Below are positions 1-9,916 of a stretch of DNA of 64,000 nt, piece after piece. A program made the position numbers and the translations under genes. The notes beneath the pieces were generated by a model, which saw nothing but the letters and a program-made list of their open reading frames with translations, had not been told where the DNA came from and made no database searches. This DNA is from Saccharolobus solfataricus P2. Its GTDB lineage: Archaea > Thermoproteota > Thermoprotei_A > Sulfolobales > Sulfolobaceae. The stretch lies in NCBI RefSeq assembly GCF_000007005.1, contig NC_002754.1. One strand, 5' to 3'. Position 1 is the first letter of the stretch; every line of letters starts with the position of its first letter.

Positions 1-2
1 AA

Positions 3-89
3 GTTGAAACTCATAAATTGAGAAAACCTCATCAAAGACTTTATGAATTAACATCAAGATTTGAACATGGAACTGTAGTTAAGGAATAA
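3..89 (+). CDS. 3' end of a gene running in from the left edge (partial, product unknown)
   Basis: Open frame VETHKLRKPHQRLYELTSRFEHGTVVKE* ending TAA at 87-89, convergent with the next gene. Confidence 0.4.
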   Translation, partial: VETHKLRKPHQRLYELTSRFEHGTVVKE

Positions 90-106
90 GATTTTTTTTA
101 AAAATT

Positions 107-868
107 TTATATATTTAAATCATCGTAAAAGATTTCTGAATTTCCACAGCTACATCTAGATCCATTAACTATATTTTTACACAAAGTACATCTAGGTATA
201 ATGTTCTCCTCCTCAGTCATTATCTTAATTGAACTCTTAATTAACTCACTCCACTCTTTTTCAAACTCCTTTAGATTATAGTGAGAGTAAACGCTATCAG
301 GGGTCTCCTCTCCTAAAATCGTTACTGCGTATATGGCAGCGGTAAATGCAAGCTTCTCCCAATCTTTTGTCTTTAAAATGGAAAGTTCTCTAATTTTTTC
401 AACACATCTTAACCATAAAATTTTAGAGTATAGTAATGGCAAAGAATAGATTCTTATACGCTTAACCTCTTCCATTAAATCATATTTTATTAGCTTTAAT
501 GTAGAGAAATTTTCCTCAGGAATTTTTGCATAAGATTTTAAAGAGACTATTAACATTAAAACACCTAGTGTTTTGAATACGACTCTAATATCATCATGAA
601 GATTTATTATATTTAGTATGGCCTCTGCATTTTTCCTTTTCAAAACTCTTCTTATATATTTCTCATTATCTAAAATCTCTCCTTGATAATAATACCATTT
701 ATATAATCCCTTAACCACATTATAATAACTCTCAATATTCTCAGTAATTACTATTTTATTCTCTATAATCTCTTTAATTAATCTATTAGGTTTTTTAGTG
801 AGAAAATTAGCTAACTCCTCAACATATTTATAGGTTTTTGGACTAAGCCAAATGGAAACAGAAGGCAT
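107..868 (-). CDS. Hypothetical protein with N-terminal ribbon-helix-helix-like segment and C-terminal Zn-ribbon
   Basis: 253 aa ORF; N-term MPSVSIWLSPKTYKYVEELA resembles RHH; C-term CTLC...CSC. Confidence 0.7.
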   Translation of the reverse strand: MPSVSIWLSPKTYKYVEELANFLTKKPNRLIKEIIENKIVITENIESYYNVVKGLYKWYYYQGEILDNEKYIRRVLKRKNAEAILNIINLHDDIRVVFKTLGVLMLIVSLKSYAKIPEENFSTLKLIKYDLMEEVKRIRIYSLPLLYSKILWLRCVEKIRELSILKTKDWEKLAFTAAIYAVTILGEETPDSVYSHYNLKEFEKEWSELIKSSIKIMTEEENIIPRCTLCKNIVNGSRCSCGNSEIFYDDLNI

Positions 869-1159
869 TTAGTATTATATAGTTCTAAAAACTTTAATCT
901 TTGCTTTAAACGCAAGAATATCTTAACTCATATAAATAAAAATATATCAATTCCTAATTCATTAGCCCTAAATAGAAGCAGTATGTTAAATTACTTCATT
1001 ACTAATGTAACTTTACTTCCTTATATAAAACATATTAGCCAAGTGTATATTAGTCAGACTTAACTAGGGTATAGGTAGTTGACCTCATTGAGCGTAAAGC
1101 TTGACAATGAGCTGGACTTCCAATTCGTACTGGAAGTTGGGCTTGAAATCAGAACAAGG

Positions 1160-1330
1160 ATGAGCATATTCGGGGTTTAGGCTTCATGGGATTTCATGAT
1201 ATTTAATATTAATCCTCAGCCCTTGGGCTTCACCAAAGTCACGGACGTTCATCCCTCTCCGCCCCATTAGCGGGATAACCCCAACCCACACCCGCGCTAT
1301 TTCACGGATGTGAGGAAAACCGCACATCTT
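1160..1330 (-). ncRNA. Putative omega-RNA overlapping the tnpB 3' end and element right end (boundaries approximate)
   Basis: Inferred from general TnpB biology and GC-rich sequence downstream of the RuvC-III codons; not directly demonstrated. Confidence 0.35.
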
Positions 1331-2452
1331 GAGATAAATATTCAGTGAAGCATTCAATTGCCTATCTAACTTGAACCCGCACCTCTCACACTCAAAGGTC
1401 TTACCAACCTTTCGGGATACAAACCCACATCTGGGGCAAGACCTCGAGGTGAGGTACGGGTTAACCTCCTTCACGAAGGAGCCGTAAAGCGGAGCCTTGT
1501 ACTTCAACACTCTGTGTATACTCCTCCAAACAGTCCTAGAAATCTTCCTCGAAAGAGACTCATTAGCATCTACAAACATACCCTCTTTATCAAGCTTTTC
1601 CACAGCGAAAAACGTCATGGGGTACAAGTCCAACAACGCGTTTACAAACTTGTGAACGAAGTCCAGAACGCGATTCCTCTCCCTATGCGAATACTTCCTC
1701 ATCAACTCTCTCCCCCTCTTCGTGTGCTTTGATGCAAATGATTGCACCTTAGCCCTCTTCACCTCCATAGAGTACTTAAGGGAGTACAACTGCTTTAGGG
1801 AGATTGTAACGAATTTCTCACCATCATAAGCATCTAGAGTATAAAGGTTGGAGTCAATAGCTAGAAAGTTCACTGGTGTTACCCACGGTAACTTGTAACG
1901 AAATGGTAGGTAAACCTTCTCCTCCTTAATTATAGGTTCGCCAAGTTCCAACTCCCTAACCCTTCTTGAGAACCATGACTTACTCCACGGGAAGGTGATG
2001 TACTCATGAGGTCTTACCGTTATTCTAACGCTTTCCCCCACAACCTTCCTCAGAGTCGTCTTTATCCTAACGTAAGCCTTCTTTACCCTTGGTTTTTCAA
2101 TCGAAGCTCTCCCCTTTATGGCCCTTTTCCTCCACGACTTCAAGATCGAGAATGCGTCATTAATTGCCTTATCAACGTAGTGTGACGCGAGGTGGTTGAT
2201 CTTCTCCAACTCTTCCCTAAGTGGTTTGTACACTTCCTTCTTCTTCGGTAGTGTTATCTTGTAATTACCGTTCTTTTTTCTTACTTGTATTTTCGTTAAA
2301 CTCCACAAGTAGTCAATTGCTTTCTGTAGTAGTGTTCTGTATTCTTTAATTAACTCTTTGCTCTTCTCCCTCTCACTATTCTTGATAGAGTACGTGAAGT
2401 GCACGTATTCCTCTTCCGGTTCAAATTTTCCAATTCTTAAGTTCTTCAGCAC
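1184..2452 (-). CDS. tnpB: TnpB (IS200/IS605/IS607 RNA-guided RuvC protein)
   Basis: 422 aa; AIDSN (RuvC-I), VEKL (RuvC-II), CPRCG..CERCG Zn finger, DRQLNAS at RuvC-III. Confidence 0.92.
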   Translation of the reverse strand: MLKNLRIGKFEPEEEYVHFTYSIKNSEREKSKELIKEYRTLLQKAIDYLWSLTKIQVRKKNGNYKITLPKKKEVYKPLREELEKINHLASHYVDKAINDAFSILKSWRKRAIKGRASIEKPRVKKAYVRIKTTLRKVVGESVRITVRPHEYITFPWSKSWFSRRVRELELGEPIIKEEKVYLPFRYKLPWVTPVNFLAIDSNLYTLDAYDGEKFVTISLKQLYSLKYSMEVKRAKVQSFASKHTKRGRELMRKYSHRERNRVLDFVHKFVNALLDLYPMTFFAVEKLDKEGMFVDANESLSRKISRTVWRSIHRVLKYKAPLYGSFVKEVNPYLTSRSCPRCGFVSRKVGKTFECERCGFKLDRQLNASLNIYLKMCGFPHIREIARVWVGVIPLMGRRGMNVRDFGEAQGLRINIKYHEIP

Positions 2453-3008
2453 ATTTCTTCACCTTTTCGTATTCATGACTTCTCATACCATACAGTTTCC
2501 CACTGAATGAGACTAGTGCTGACATTAGGTCTTCAACTAGTTCTTCCTCTTTGTCCTCTTGGTTTAGTACTACTATTTCACAGTTGTGTGCTTTGCACAC
2601 TTCCTCCAGGATTTCGAAGCCGACTCTAACAAGTCTGTCTGGGTAAGCAACAACTACGCGTGATACTTCGTTGTTCAGTATCATTCTTAACAACTTCAAG
2701 AACCCCTTTCTCTTCATGTTTAACCCGGAACCTATGTCAGTAATTACGAGGTCGTACTCCTTGACTTGTTCCTCTAGATACTTCACTTGGTTTACTAGTT
2801 CGTCTTTTTGTGTGGAAGATGATACTCTAGCGTAAAGTATTACTTTTCTTTTTCTAATAATTCCCATTAGCCTCTCTACGTCCTCTTCTCCGAATCTTTG
2901 TTTTCCACTCTGTAGTATAACTGGTTTTATGTATCCTTTCTTAACGTATTCTCTAAGTGTTGCATAGGATATTCCTAGTCTTTGGCATGCTTCCTTAGGT
3001 CTTAGCAT
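2421..3008 (-). CDS. tnpA: IS607 TnpA serine recombinase/transposase
   Basis: MerR-like N-terminal HTH, YARVSS catalytic motif, DIGSG, DRLxR. Confidence 0.93.
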   Translation of the reverse strand: MLRPKEACQRLGISYATLREYVKKGYIKPVILQSGKQRFGEEDVERLMGIIRKRKVILYARVSSSTQKDELVNQVKYLEEQVKEYDLVITDIGSGLNMKRKGFLKLLRMILNNEVSRVVVAYPDRLVRVGFEILEEVCKAHNCEIVVLNQEDKEEELVEDLMSALVSFSGKLYGMRSHEYEKVKKCAEELKNWKI

Positions 3009-3404
3009 TGTATAAGAGTTTGTGTCAAAATAATATAAACTTTACGGTTTATCGGAAATCGTTGGCAACGGCAACCCCAGTTGCAGGAATAAACGTATCA
3101 AAGGATAAACTATTTTCACAATATTCAAAAATGAGAAGAGGGAAAAATTTCAGACTTTCACTCATTCTTTTATTCATAACATTAGTTCCTAAAGATAATC
3201 CTAATCGAAATAGAGAAAACGCTTAATAATACTATAGATTTATTTTCAAGAGAGTGATTTAGGGTCTATCGGGGAGACAGAGATAAGCCAGCAGAGGTTC
3301 AAAGGCTTGAAATGAAATACATAACAAAGTAAGGGTTTAGAATTGACTTTTATTTTTTGCTTAAAAAGATGTCACTATGCATAATCTTTTCATGATTTGT
3401 TTGA

Positions 3405-3412
3405 AACATGTT
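3405..3412 (+). promoter_or_regulatory. AACATGTT box upstream of BRE/TATA of the aldehyde dehydrogenase gene
   Basis: TTGAAACATGTTTGAA, then GAAAGAG and TATATTAA (3422); 47 bp to ATG 3452. Confidence 0.75.
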
Positions 3413-3451
3413 TGAAAGAGGTATATTAACGCTTATTATTTTAAATTACTT

Positions 3452-4930
3452 ATGGGTAAGGTATTGGGAGAGGTAAAGAAGGATTATGGAAAGCTAAAGC
3501 TCTACATAAATGGTGAGTTTATAGATTCTAAAACTGATACAATAGGCAAAGCATATAATCCAGCTAAAGATGAAATTATTGCTGAAGTCCCATTCTCAGC
3601 TAAAGATGAAGTTGAAGAGGCTATACAATCAGCCCAAGAGGCATTTGAAAAATGGAGAGAAGTTCCAATAACAACTAGAATACAATACCTCTTTGCACTT
3701 AAGAATAGATTAGAGGAGTATTCAGAAACAATAGCTAGGATAATAGTTCAGAATCACGGAAAGACCATCCAAGAGGCTAGAGGAGATATGAGGAGAACTA
3801 TAGAGAACGTTGAGGCTGCAATAAGTGCAGCCTACACTTTATATAAGGGCGAACATCTAGATCAAGTATCTCAGGAGGTTGATGAGACCGTTGTTAGGGA
3901 ACCTTTGGGAGTTTTTGGAATTATAACTCCATTTAATTTCCCAACAATGGTTCCCTTCTGGTTCCTCCCATATGCGATAGTTTTAGGCAATACGGTAGTA
4001 GTCAAACCTTCTGAGATAACTCCAGTACCAATGGATTTTATTATTAGAATTTTTGACGAGATTAAGTTACCTAGAGGCGTTGTAAACGTTGTTCACGGTG
4101 CAAAGGATGTAGTTGATGAGTTTCTTACCAATAAGTTAGTTCAAGGTGTAACTTTCGTAGGTTCAACGAGAGTAGGAAAATATATTTATGAAAATGCAGG
4201 GAAAAACGGTAAGAAGGCTATTGTTCAAGCAGGGGCTAAGAACTTTGTCGTTGTAATGCCAGATGCTGATTTAAATAAGGCAATACCTTCTATCGTCTCA
4301 GCGTTCTTTGGCAATGCTGGACAAAGATGTCTGGCCGCCGCTAATTTAGTAGCTGTAGGGAATATTTATGATGAGGTTAAGAGGAAGTTCATAGAGGCTT
4401 CAAAACAACTAAAGATAGGTTATGGTTTAGATGAAAGTGTAGATATGGGACCAGTAGTGACAAAGGACGCTAAAAAGAGAATAATAGGATATATAGAGAA
4501 GGGAATTGAGGAGGGTGCAAAATTATTATTGGACGGGAGAGATGTAAAGGTTCCAGAGTATCCTAATGGATATTTCCTAGGTCCAACAGTATTTGATGAA
4601 GTTACACCAGAAATGGTAATAGCTAAGGAGGAGATATTTGGACCAGTAGCATCCATAATTCACGTTAAGAATTTAGATGAAGCGATTAACATCATAAATA
4701 GAAGTAATTACGGTAATGCGTCATCAATATTTACCACCAGTGGTTATTATGCCAGAAAGTTTAGGCGTGAAGTCAATACCGGAAATATAGGTATTAATAT
4801 AGGAGTAGCTGCACCAATGGCGTTCTTTCCATTTGGAGGTAGGAAGGAATCCTTCTTTGGCATACTGCATGGGCAAATAGATAGCGTAGACTTCTTCACA
4901 GATAAGAAGGTAGTAATAACCAGGTGGTAA
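3452..4930 (+). CDS. CoA-acylating (methyl)malonate-semialdehyde dehydrogenase-family ALDH
   Basis: ITPFNFP, FVGST, AGAKN (lacks the Glu of ELGGK, as in MMSDH), GQRC catalytic Cys, EEIFGPV. Confidence 0.88.
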   Translation: MGKVLGEVKKDYGKLKLYINGEFIDSKTDTIGKAYNPAKDEIIAEVPFSAKDEVEEAIQSAQEAFEKWREVPITTRIQYLFALKNRLEEYSETIARIIVQNHGKTIQEARGDMRRTIENVEAAISAAYTLYKGEHLDQVSQEVDETVVREPLGVFGIITPFNFPTMVPFWFLPYAIVLGNTVVVKPSEITPVPMDFIIRIFDEIKLPRGVVNVVHGAKDVVDEFLTNKLVQGVTFVGSTRVGKYIYENAGKNGKKAIVQAGAKNFVVVMPDADLNKAIPSIVSAFFGNAGQRCLAAANLVAVGNIYDEVKRKFIEASKQLKIGYGLDESVDMGPVVTKDAKKRIIGYIEKGIEEGAKLLLDGRDVKVPEYPNGYFLGPTVFDEVTPEMVIAKEEIFGPVASIIHVKNLDEAINIINRSNYGNASSIFTTSGYYARKFRREVNTGNIGINIGVAAPMAFFPFGGRKESFFGILHGQIDSVDFFTDKKVVITRW

Positions 4931-4963
4931 AATTAATTTTTAACCACTATTTTTAGCCATCTT

Positions 4964-5650
4964 TTAGCTATCCTTTTTCTCCTCTTCTTGCTTAGAGACA
5001 TTGTTAATTACATTGTAGAATTTTAGGTCGTCAATATATCGTTTAATTATTCTCGACTCAGCCGATCTTAAATGATATGTGAATGTGGATTTACTTATAT
5101 TTATCAATTTAGATATTTTATCAGACTTGATCCTCCTAGGAAAATCAAAATATCCATTTTTATAAGCTAAAATTAAAGTTTTGAGTTCATATGGAGTAAG
5201 TTCATCCTCAGTTATATCTAATTCATGAAAACTAATAAACTCTACATTCCCTTTTGACTTAAGCTTCTCTCTCAGTTCATTAACGTAACTTTCATATAAT
5301 AAAACTCGCCAATATTCCTTTCCATCATACTTAAATCCATCTAAGATTATTCCATCTACGGAGTTTATATTATCCATCACACTATTTTTGTATCTCTTTC
5401 TGAAATCAAACAGTATTTTCTTATTATCTGTTGTAAGTGAAACTAATGAGTACCCTATGAAACTATTATTTCTTTTTATCTTATTTATTAACTCCTTGTA
5501 TTTTTTATCCACAACAATTAGAGACCTAATAAAGTTCCTCTCAGTGTCTACGGAAAACCTTAAAGTTTTCACAACGTATTTACCAACTAGATTAGTCCAA
5601 CAATTCTCATGTTCTACGGAAAACGTAATCTCCAATAACCTATCACTCAT
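4964..5650 (-). CDS. HTH-10 (bacterio-opsin activator-like) transcriptional regulator
   Basis: C-terminal LT..E...L..AY..GYFDFPRRI....SKSTF.YHLR.AE signature. Confidence 0.88.
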   Translation of the reverse strand: MSDRLLEITFSVEHENCWTNLVGKYVVKTLRFSVDTERNFIRSLIVVDKKYKELINKIKRNNSFIGYSLVSLTTDNKKILFDFRKRYKNSVMDNINSVDGIILDGFKYDGKEYWRVLLYESYVNELREKLKSKGNVEFISFHELDITEDELTPYELKTLILAYKNGYFDFPRRIKSDKISKLINISKSTFTYHLRSAESRIIKRYIDDLKFYNVINNVSKQEEEKKDS

Positions 5651-5837
5651 ACATTTTTACCTATAATACTATTTTCGATTAGAATTTTTAAGCTTTATGA
5701 AAATTCTCCTTATCTCAAACTATTGAATCAAGCAAAAATGTTCATAGTGAATCAAGTTGCTATCTAAAAACATTTATAGTGTAATTATTGATATTTTAAT
5801 TAATTTATTCATCTAATTTACTTTATTTTTCATATCG

Positions 5838-5845
5838 AACATGTT
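5838..5845 (+). promoter_or_regulatory. AACATGTT box upstream of the alcohol dehydrogenase gene
   Basis: TCGAACATGTTAGA, GAGAAA, TTTTAGTA; 49 bp to ATG 5887. Confidence 0.75.
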
Positions 5846-5883
5846 AGAGAAATCCATTTTAGTAGAGTAAGATAAAATTTCTT

Positions 5884-6972
5884 TTGATGAAGGCAGCTAG
5901 ATTAGTGGAGTTTCAAAAACCTCTTAAAATAGAGGATCTAGATGTTCCTAAAGTGGGAAAAGGAGATGTACTTCTGAAAGTGATAAGCTGTGGAATATGC
6001 AGATCAGATTGGCATCTATGGCGTGGAGATCCTGCTTTGGTAGCATACATGCAGTGGAGTGGTGGTAAGTTACCAATAACTCAAGGTCACGAGGTTTATG
6101 GAGAAATTGTAGAGGTTGGAGAGAGTGTAACTAGATTAAATAAGGGAGATAAAGTAGTTATGCCTGCTTCTTCTACCGGAGATAATAGGACATGCAAATA
6201 CTGTATGGAAGGAGATTCAAATGTTTGTGAACACTTAGTAATAGCTGGTTATGGAATTAATGGATGCTTTGCCGAGTACATGCTAATCCCAGAGAGGTCA
6301 GTAATTGATCTAGTTAAAGTACCAGATGGAATAAAGTCAGAGTGGGCTGCTCTAAGTTCTTGTGGTTTTGGAACTTCATGGAATGCGTTTACAATGAAGA
6401 CTAATTTAAAGCCCAGTGACATAGTGGTCATAATCGGAGCAGGTGGAATGGGTTTGAGTGGTATAGCAATAGCTAACGCTCTTGGAGCTAAAGTGATAGC
6501 TATAGACGTTAACGAACGATCTTTAGAGAAAGCTAAGATGTTAGGTAGCGTTGAGACTTATAGACACTCTGGTAAGTCTGAGGAATTGAATAAAATAGTA
6601 GAGGATATTATGAAGAAGTATGGTTCAGTGGACGTAATATATGATACTACCGGAATTCCAGAGGCTGTCATTCCATTTTTGCCTCTCCTTAAAGTACATG
6701 GAACATTGCTATTAGCGGGGCTTATGATGAAGGGGAAAGAGATTTTTCCATTGCCAGCAGATTTAGTAGTAGCAAGGGAAATCAGAATACAAGGAGTATT
6801 AATGTTACCAGCTCAAAAATTCGATACAATATTTAAATTAATGAAGGAAGGAAAGATTAACCTAGATCCGGTTATTTACAAGACTATAAGCATCTATGAT
6901 GTCAATGATGCCTACAAGGAAATGAGCGAGTACAAAAATGCAGGAAGAATTATTATTAATAAGTTTAGTTAA
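5884..6972 (+). CDS. Zn-dependent medium-chain alcohol dehydrogenase
   Basis: CGICRSD, GHE, structural Zn site C..C..G..N.C, GAGGMG Rossmann motif; ATG 5887 may be the true start. Confidence 0.92.
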   Translation: MMKAARLVEFQKPLKIEDLDVPKVGKGDVLLKVISCGICRSDWHLWRGDPALVAYMQWSGGKLPITQGHEVYGEIVEVGESVTRLNKGDKVVMPASSTGDNRTCKYCMEGDSNVCEHLVIAGYGINGCFAEYMLIPERSVIDLVKVPDGIKSEWAALSSCGFGTSWNAFTMKTNLKPSDIVVIIGAGGMGLSGIAIANALGAKVIAIDVNERSLEKAKMLGSVETYRHSGKSEELNKIVEDIMKKYGSVDVIYDTTGIPEAVIPFLPLLKVHGTLLLAGLMMKGKEIFPLPADLVVAREIRIQGVLMLPAQKFDTIFKLMKEGKINLDPVIYKTISIYDVNDAYKEMSEYKNAGRIIINKFS

Positions 6973-6997
6973 TTTTTCTCTTTTTTCCTAATTATAA

Positions 6998-7005
6998 AAC
7001 AAGTT
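6998..7005 (+). promoter_or_regulatory. AACAAGTT box upstream of ADC-like paralogue 1
   Basis: TAAAACAAGTTTTA, GAAAGG, TTTATTAA; 46 bp to ATG 7044. Confidence 0.75.
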
Positions 7006-7043
7006 TTAGAAAGGTTTATTAAGACAAGGAGAGAAAAAACAAT

Positions 7044-7850
7044 ATGGAAGAAATACGTCCTTACTATAATACATTTAGTTTACCAATAACTAAATCTGGC
7101 AAGTCGCAAATAGTTCCACCTCCACCATGGATATATGCAATAGAAATGATAGGAGTAAAAGCCTATTTTGATCCCGTTAAAGTTCTAGATTTAGTGCCTC
7201 CTCCGTTGGAAATAGTGGATGGTGAAGGATTTGTATACATTGCTAAGATTTTCACGGTAAGTGGAAATAGATGGGAGATGTTATACGAAGATCCTGAAGA
7301 GACTAAGTATATGGAGGCTGCAATAGCCCTAAAGGTCAAATATAATGATAATATTTTCACCTATTTCCCGTTCATGTGGGTTGATAAAGACCTACCGCTA
7401 CTTCGTGGGTGGCTGCTAGGCTATCCTAAAAAACTAGCTTACATATCGATCTCAGAATTTCATAAACTTCTAGATGGTTACAGCGGTCCTTCTAGTGGGG
7501 TAAGGATGGGAGGATATGCATTAAGGAATGGTAAGGAGATAATAAGAGTGAAAATAACGCTAAAAGAAAAAGTATCGCAATATCCAATACCCTTTGGTCC
7601 TATAGTACAATTCAGGAGATTCCCAGCTGTCCAAGATGGTACAGATGTTTACGAGCTAGGACAAATAATCTCTTCAGATTTTAGAGTCGGCGAGGTGTGG
7701 AGAGGTGAAGGGGAGGTGATATTAAATGGTTCAGTGAATGAGGAGTTGGAAGTTTTGAAGATAAATAGGATTGAGGGAGGATATTACTTCAATTGGTCAT
7801 TTAAGCAGTTAGGCACAAAAATTCTAACTAAAGTTCCAAATAATTATTAA
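7044..7850 (+). CDS. Acetoacetate decarboxylase-like family protein, paralogue 1
   Basis: PPPPW, Y.EA, MWVD....LRGWLLGYPKK (Schiff-base Lys motif). Confidence 0.85.
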   Translation: MEEIRPYYNTFSLPITKSGKSQIVPPPPWIYAIEMIGVKAYFDPVKVLDLVPPPLEIVDGEGFVYIAKIFTVSGNRWEMLYEDPEETKYMEAAIALKVKYNDNIFTYFPFMWVDKDLPLLRGWLLGYPKKLAYISISEFHKLLDGYSGPSSGVRMGGYALRNGKEIIRVKITLKEKVSQYPIPFGPIVQFRRFPAVQDGTDVYELGQIISSDFRVGEVWRGEGEVILNGSVNEELEVLKINRIEGGYYFNWSFKQLGTKILTKVPNNY

Positions 7851-7882
7851 GTGGTATTTTTAAGTGAGATAGGAAAACTTGA

Positions 7883-7890
7883 AACAAGTT
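7883..7890 (+). promoter_or_regulatory. AACAAGTT box upstream of ADC-like paralogue 2
   Basis: TTGAAACAAGTTTAA, TATA-like CTTATTTA at 7901; 49 bp to ATG 7932. Confidence 0.7.
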
Positions 7891-7931
7891 TAATGGAGTG
7901 CTTATTTAGTAGGTTAAAAGTAAAAGTACCT

Positions 7932-8744
7932 ATGACAAAAAATAACTCCGATTTCACTTTACCCCCAACGAATAGTGGTAAATCCCAAATTGTATTCCAA
8001 CCACCATGGTATTATGGTGTAACCTACATTGGGGCTCATGTAAAGTTCACTAAGGAATCTGCAGAAAAGGTAATTCCGGGATTCCTATCAACTGACGGTG
8101 AAGGTTGGGTTTACATTGCCGAATTTATTTCTACCTCAGAAGACAATTGGGACTATATGTATCAAGACCCAGATTTAGTACAGTATATGGAGGGAGCTAT
8201 TGGGTTAAAGGTCAATTTTGAAGGAAAGAATTACTTATATTTCCCATTCATGTGGGTTGATAAAGATTGGGCATTGGTAAGGGGTTGGTTAGATGGCTAT
8301 CCAAAGAAAATAGCTAAAATAGCCATGACTAAATTACATCCATTACTTCCCAAGTACAATAAACCAGAAAGTGGACTTAGATTAGGAGGATATGTTGTAA
8401 GGGGAGGAGGTGTAATGTTTAGAATGCAAGTTGAATTAGAGGGGAGGACTGATTCACTGCCCCTTAAGAGCTTCGGACCATTCTTAAATATAAGGAGGTT
8501 CCCAAGTAGAGGTGAGGGTGAAGTTGATCTTTACGAAATAGTAAGTAGAGTTAGGGATGAGAGCAAGTACGGAGAAATATGGAAGGGAAAAGCTAATGTG
8601 GAGCTAGGCGGATACGTTAACGATGAAGTTAGCTTGCTTGAAGTTGAGAGAACGATTGGAGGTTACTACTATACCTTATACTTCAAAGTAACTACCACTC
8701 AACTAATAAGCAAGAAAATCGAAGAAACCATCTCTCTAAAATAA
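7932..8744 (+). CDS. Acetoacetate decarboxylase-like family protein, paralogue 2 (start revised from 7851)
   Basis: [19 protein letters not shown] aligns with the N-terminus of paralogue 1; [10 protein letters not shown] motif. Confidence 0.85.
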   Translation: MTKNNSDFTLPPTNSGKSQIVFQPPWYYGVTYIGAHVKFTKESAEKVIPGFLSTDGEGWVYIAEFISTSEDNWDYMYQDPDLVQYMEGAIGLKVNFEGKNYLYFPFMWVDKDWALVRGWLDGYPKKIAKIAMTKLHPLLPKYNKPESGLRLGGYVVRGGGVMFRMQVELEGRTDSLPLKSFGPFLNIRRFPSRGEGEVDLYEIVSRVRDESKYGEIWKGKANVELGGYVNDEVSLLEVERTIGGYYYTLYFKVTTTQLISKKIEETISLK

Positions 8745-8805
8745 ATAAAGAATGCTATACATAAACCTATACATAAACATAAAAAAGTAATAATGTTTAT
8801 TATTA

Positions 8806-9813
8806 TTAGATTTTTGCGCCTAATTTCTGTCTGACTATCTCTTTTAATTCGTCACTAACTCTATTTGCAGGTATAGGGCTACCATGCCAAAATGCCTCTT
8901 TAACATGTCCCCAATAATATAACCATCTGTTTTCATCCTCCTTAGTATCCCACACTATTGGCTCCCAATCCGGTACAACATTAAGGTAACCACCATGCAA
9001 TAATTCAATTACGTTACCGCCAGGCTCCTTTACATAAAGTGAGTGGCTATCAGTTATACCGTGCCTTAAAGGACCCCCTACAATTTCTAAACCGTAATCA
9101 GTGTAAAAATCAGCAGCCTTAAGTATGTCGTCCGCATAATCCACATTAAACGTAACATGGTTTAGTCTGGCTGGAACTCCGGAAGGATCTAGGCTAACCG
9201 CCAAGTCATGTGCTGTACCATTAACTGCCATCCAATATGCAATCCTTTTGTCACCTTCTTTTAATATTTCATTTACTTTAAATGTGAGCCTCTTCAGTAA
9301 CTCTACGGTCTTAGCAAGAGATTCATCATTATAGGCGAAGATAAATATATGGGACAAATCCTTAGCTTGAACTCCTTTAGTAGGTTTTTTCATAGGTCTA
9401 GCCTTATATCCCGATCTAAGTTCACCTGAAGCTCTCCATATCTTCATTTCCCATACCAGTTTACCAATTTGACCACTTGGTAAGATAAATTTATACCCTT
9501 TCCCTACACCCATATCTGGCTCTCCTTCATCCCACCCTAATCCTAATCCATTAGAGTTTACTATATTTATAGAATCAATTAGATCTTTTTCACTATAAGT
9601 TCTCCATACAATCTCCTTGACTCCAGCGGTATCAGATTCAGTAACCTTTAAACTATATGCGTACCAATCTTCCCACCCTCTTAGGTATACCGATCTATCC
9701 TTCCTTCCAACTTCATGTAATCCCAAAATGTCCTTGAAAAACCATAATGTATCATCAATTTTAGGCGTTAGAATTTCTACGCTAGCTAATTGGGAAAGTA
9801 ACTTATTTACCAT
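8806..9813 (-). CDS. xylE: Catechol 2,3-dioxygenase (extradiol, VOC fold)
   Basis: VYLRGWED, SHIF, HDLAV, NHVTF, RHGIT..S.Y..EPGGNVIE metal-ligand pattern. Confidence 0.92.
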   Translation of the reverse strand: MVNKLLSQLASVEILTPKIDDTLWFFKDILGLHEVGRKDRSVYLRGWEDWYAYSLKVTESDTAGVKEIVWRTYSEKDLIDSINIVNSNGLGLGWDEGEPDMGVGKGYKFILPSGQIGKLVWEMKIWRASGELRSGYKARPMKKPTKGVQAKDLSHIFIFAYNDESLAKTVELLKRLTFKVNEILKEGDKRIAYWMAVNGTAHDLAVSLDPSGVPARLNHVTFNVDYADDILKAADFYTDYGLEIVGGPLRHGITDSHSLYVKEPGGNVIELLHGGYLNVVPDWEPIVWDTKEDENRWLYYWGHVKEAFWHGSPIPANRVSDELKEIVRQKLGAKI

Positions 9814-9868
9814 TTCTCACACTCTCCTTATTTTCATTTCTCTTCTACGACATTAAAAAATCTACTCA

Positions 9869-9876
9869 AACAAGTT
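9869..9876. promoter_or_regulatory. AACAAGTT box between the divergent C23O and GlcG-like genes
   Basis: CTCAAACAAGTTTTA; TATA-like elements on both sides (CTTAATT on +, TTTTTTAA on - at 9860-9853); 48 bp to ATG 9917. Confidence 0.7.
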
Positions 9877-9916
9877 TTATGTATGGCTTAATTCCACCTT
9901 TACTTAAACAGCATTT

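Larger units (their letters stand above)
1174..3071 (-). mobile_element. IS607-family element (ISC1904-like), about 1.9 kb
   Basis: Serine-recombinase tnpA overlapping tnpB; no TIR; GG dinucleotide at both junctions (1174-75, 3070-71). Confidence 0.85.
1160..3150 (+). pseudogene. IS110-family transposase N-terminal remnant, interrupted at codon 5-6 by an IS607 element
   Basis: Joining 1160-1175 to 3072 onward gives in-frame MSIFGATPVAGINVSKDKLF, matching the IS110 N-terminal GIDVSK motif; similarity is lost after about 25 codons. Confidence 0.65.

Noticed and set aside
3008-3226. 72-aa ORF
   Set aside because: Chimera of IS607 end sequence and an IS110 remnant
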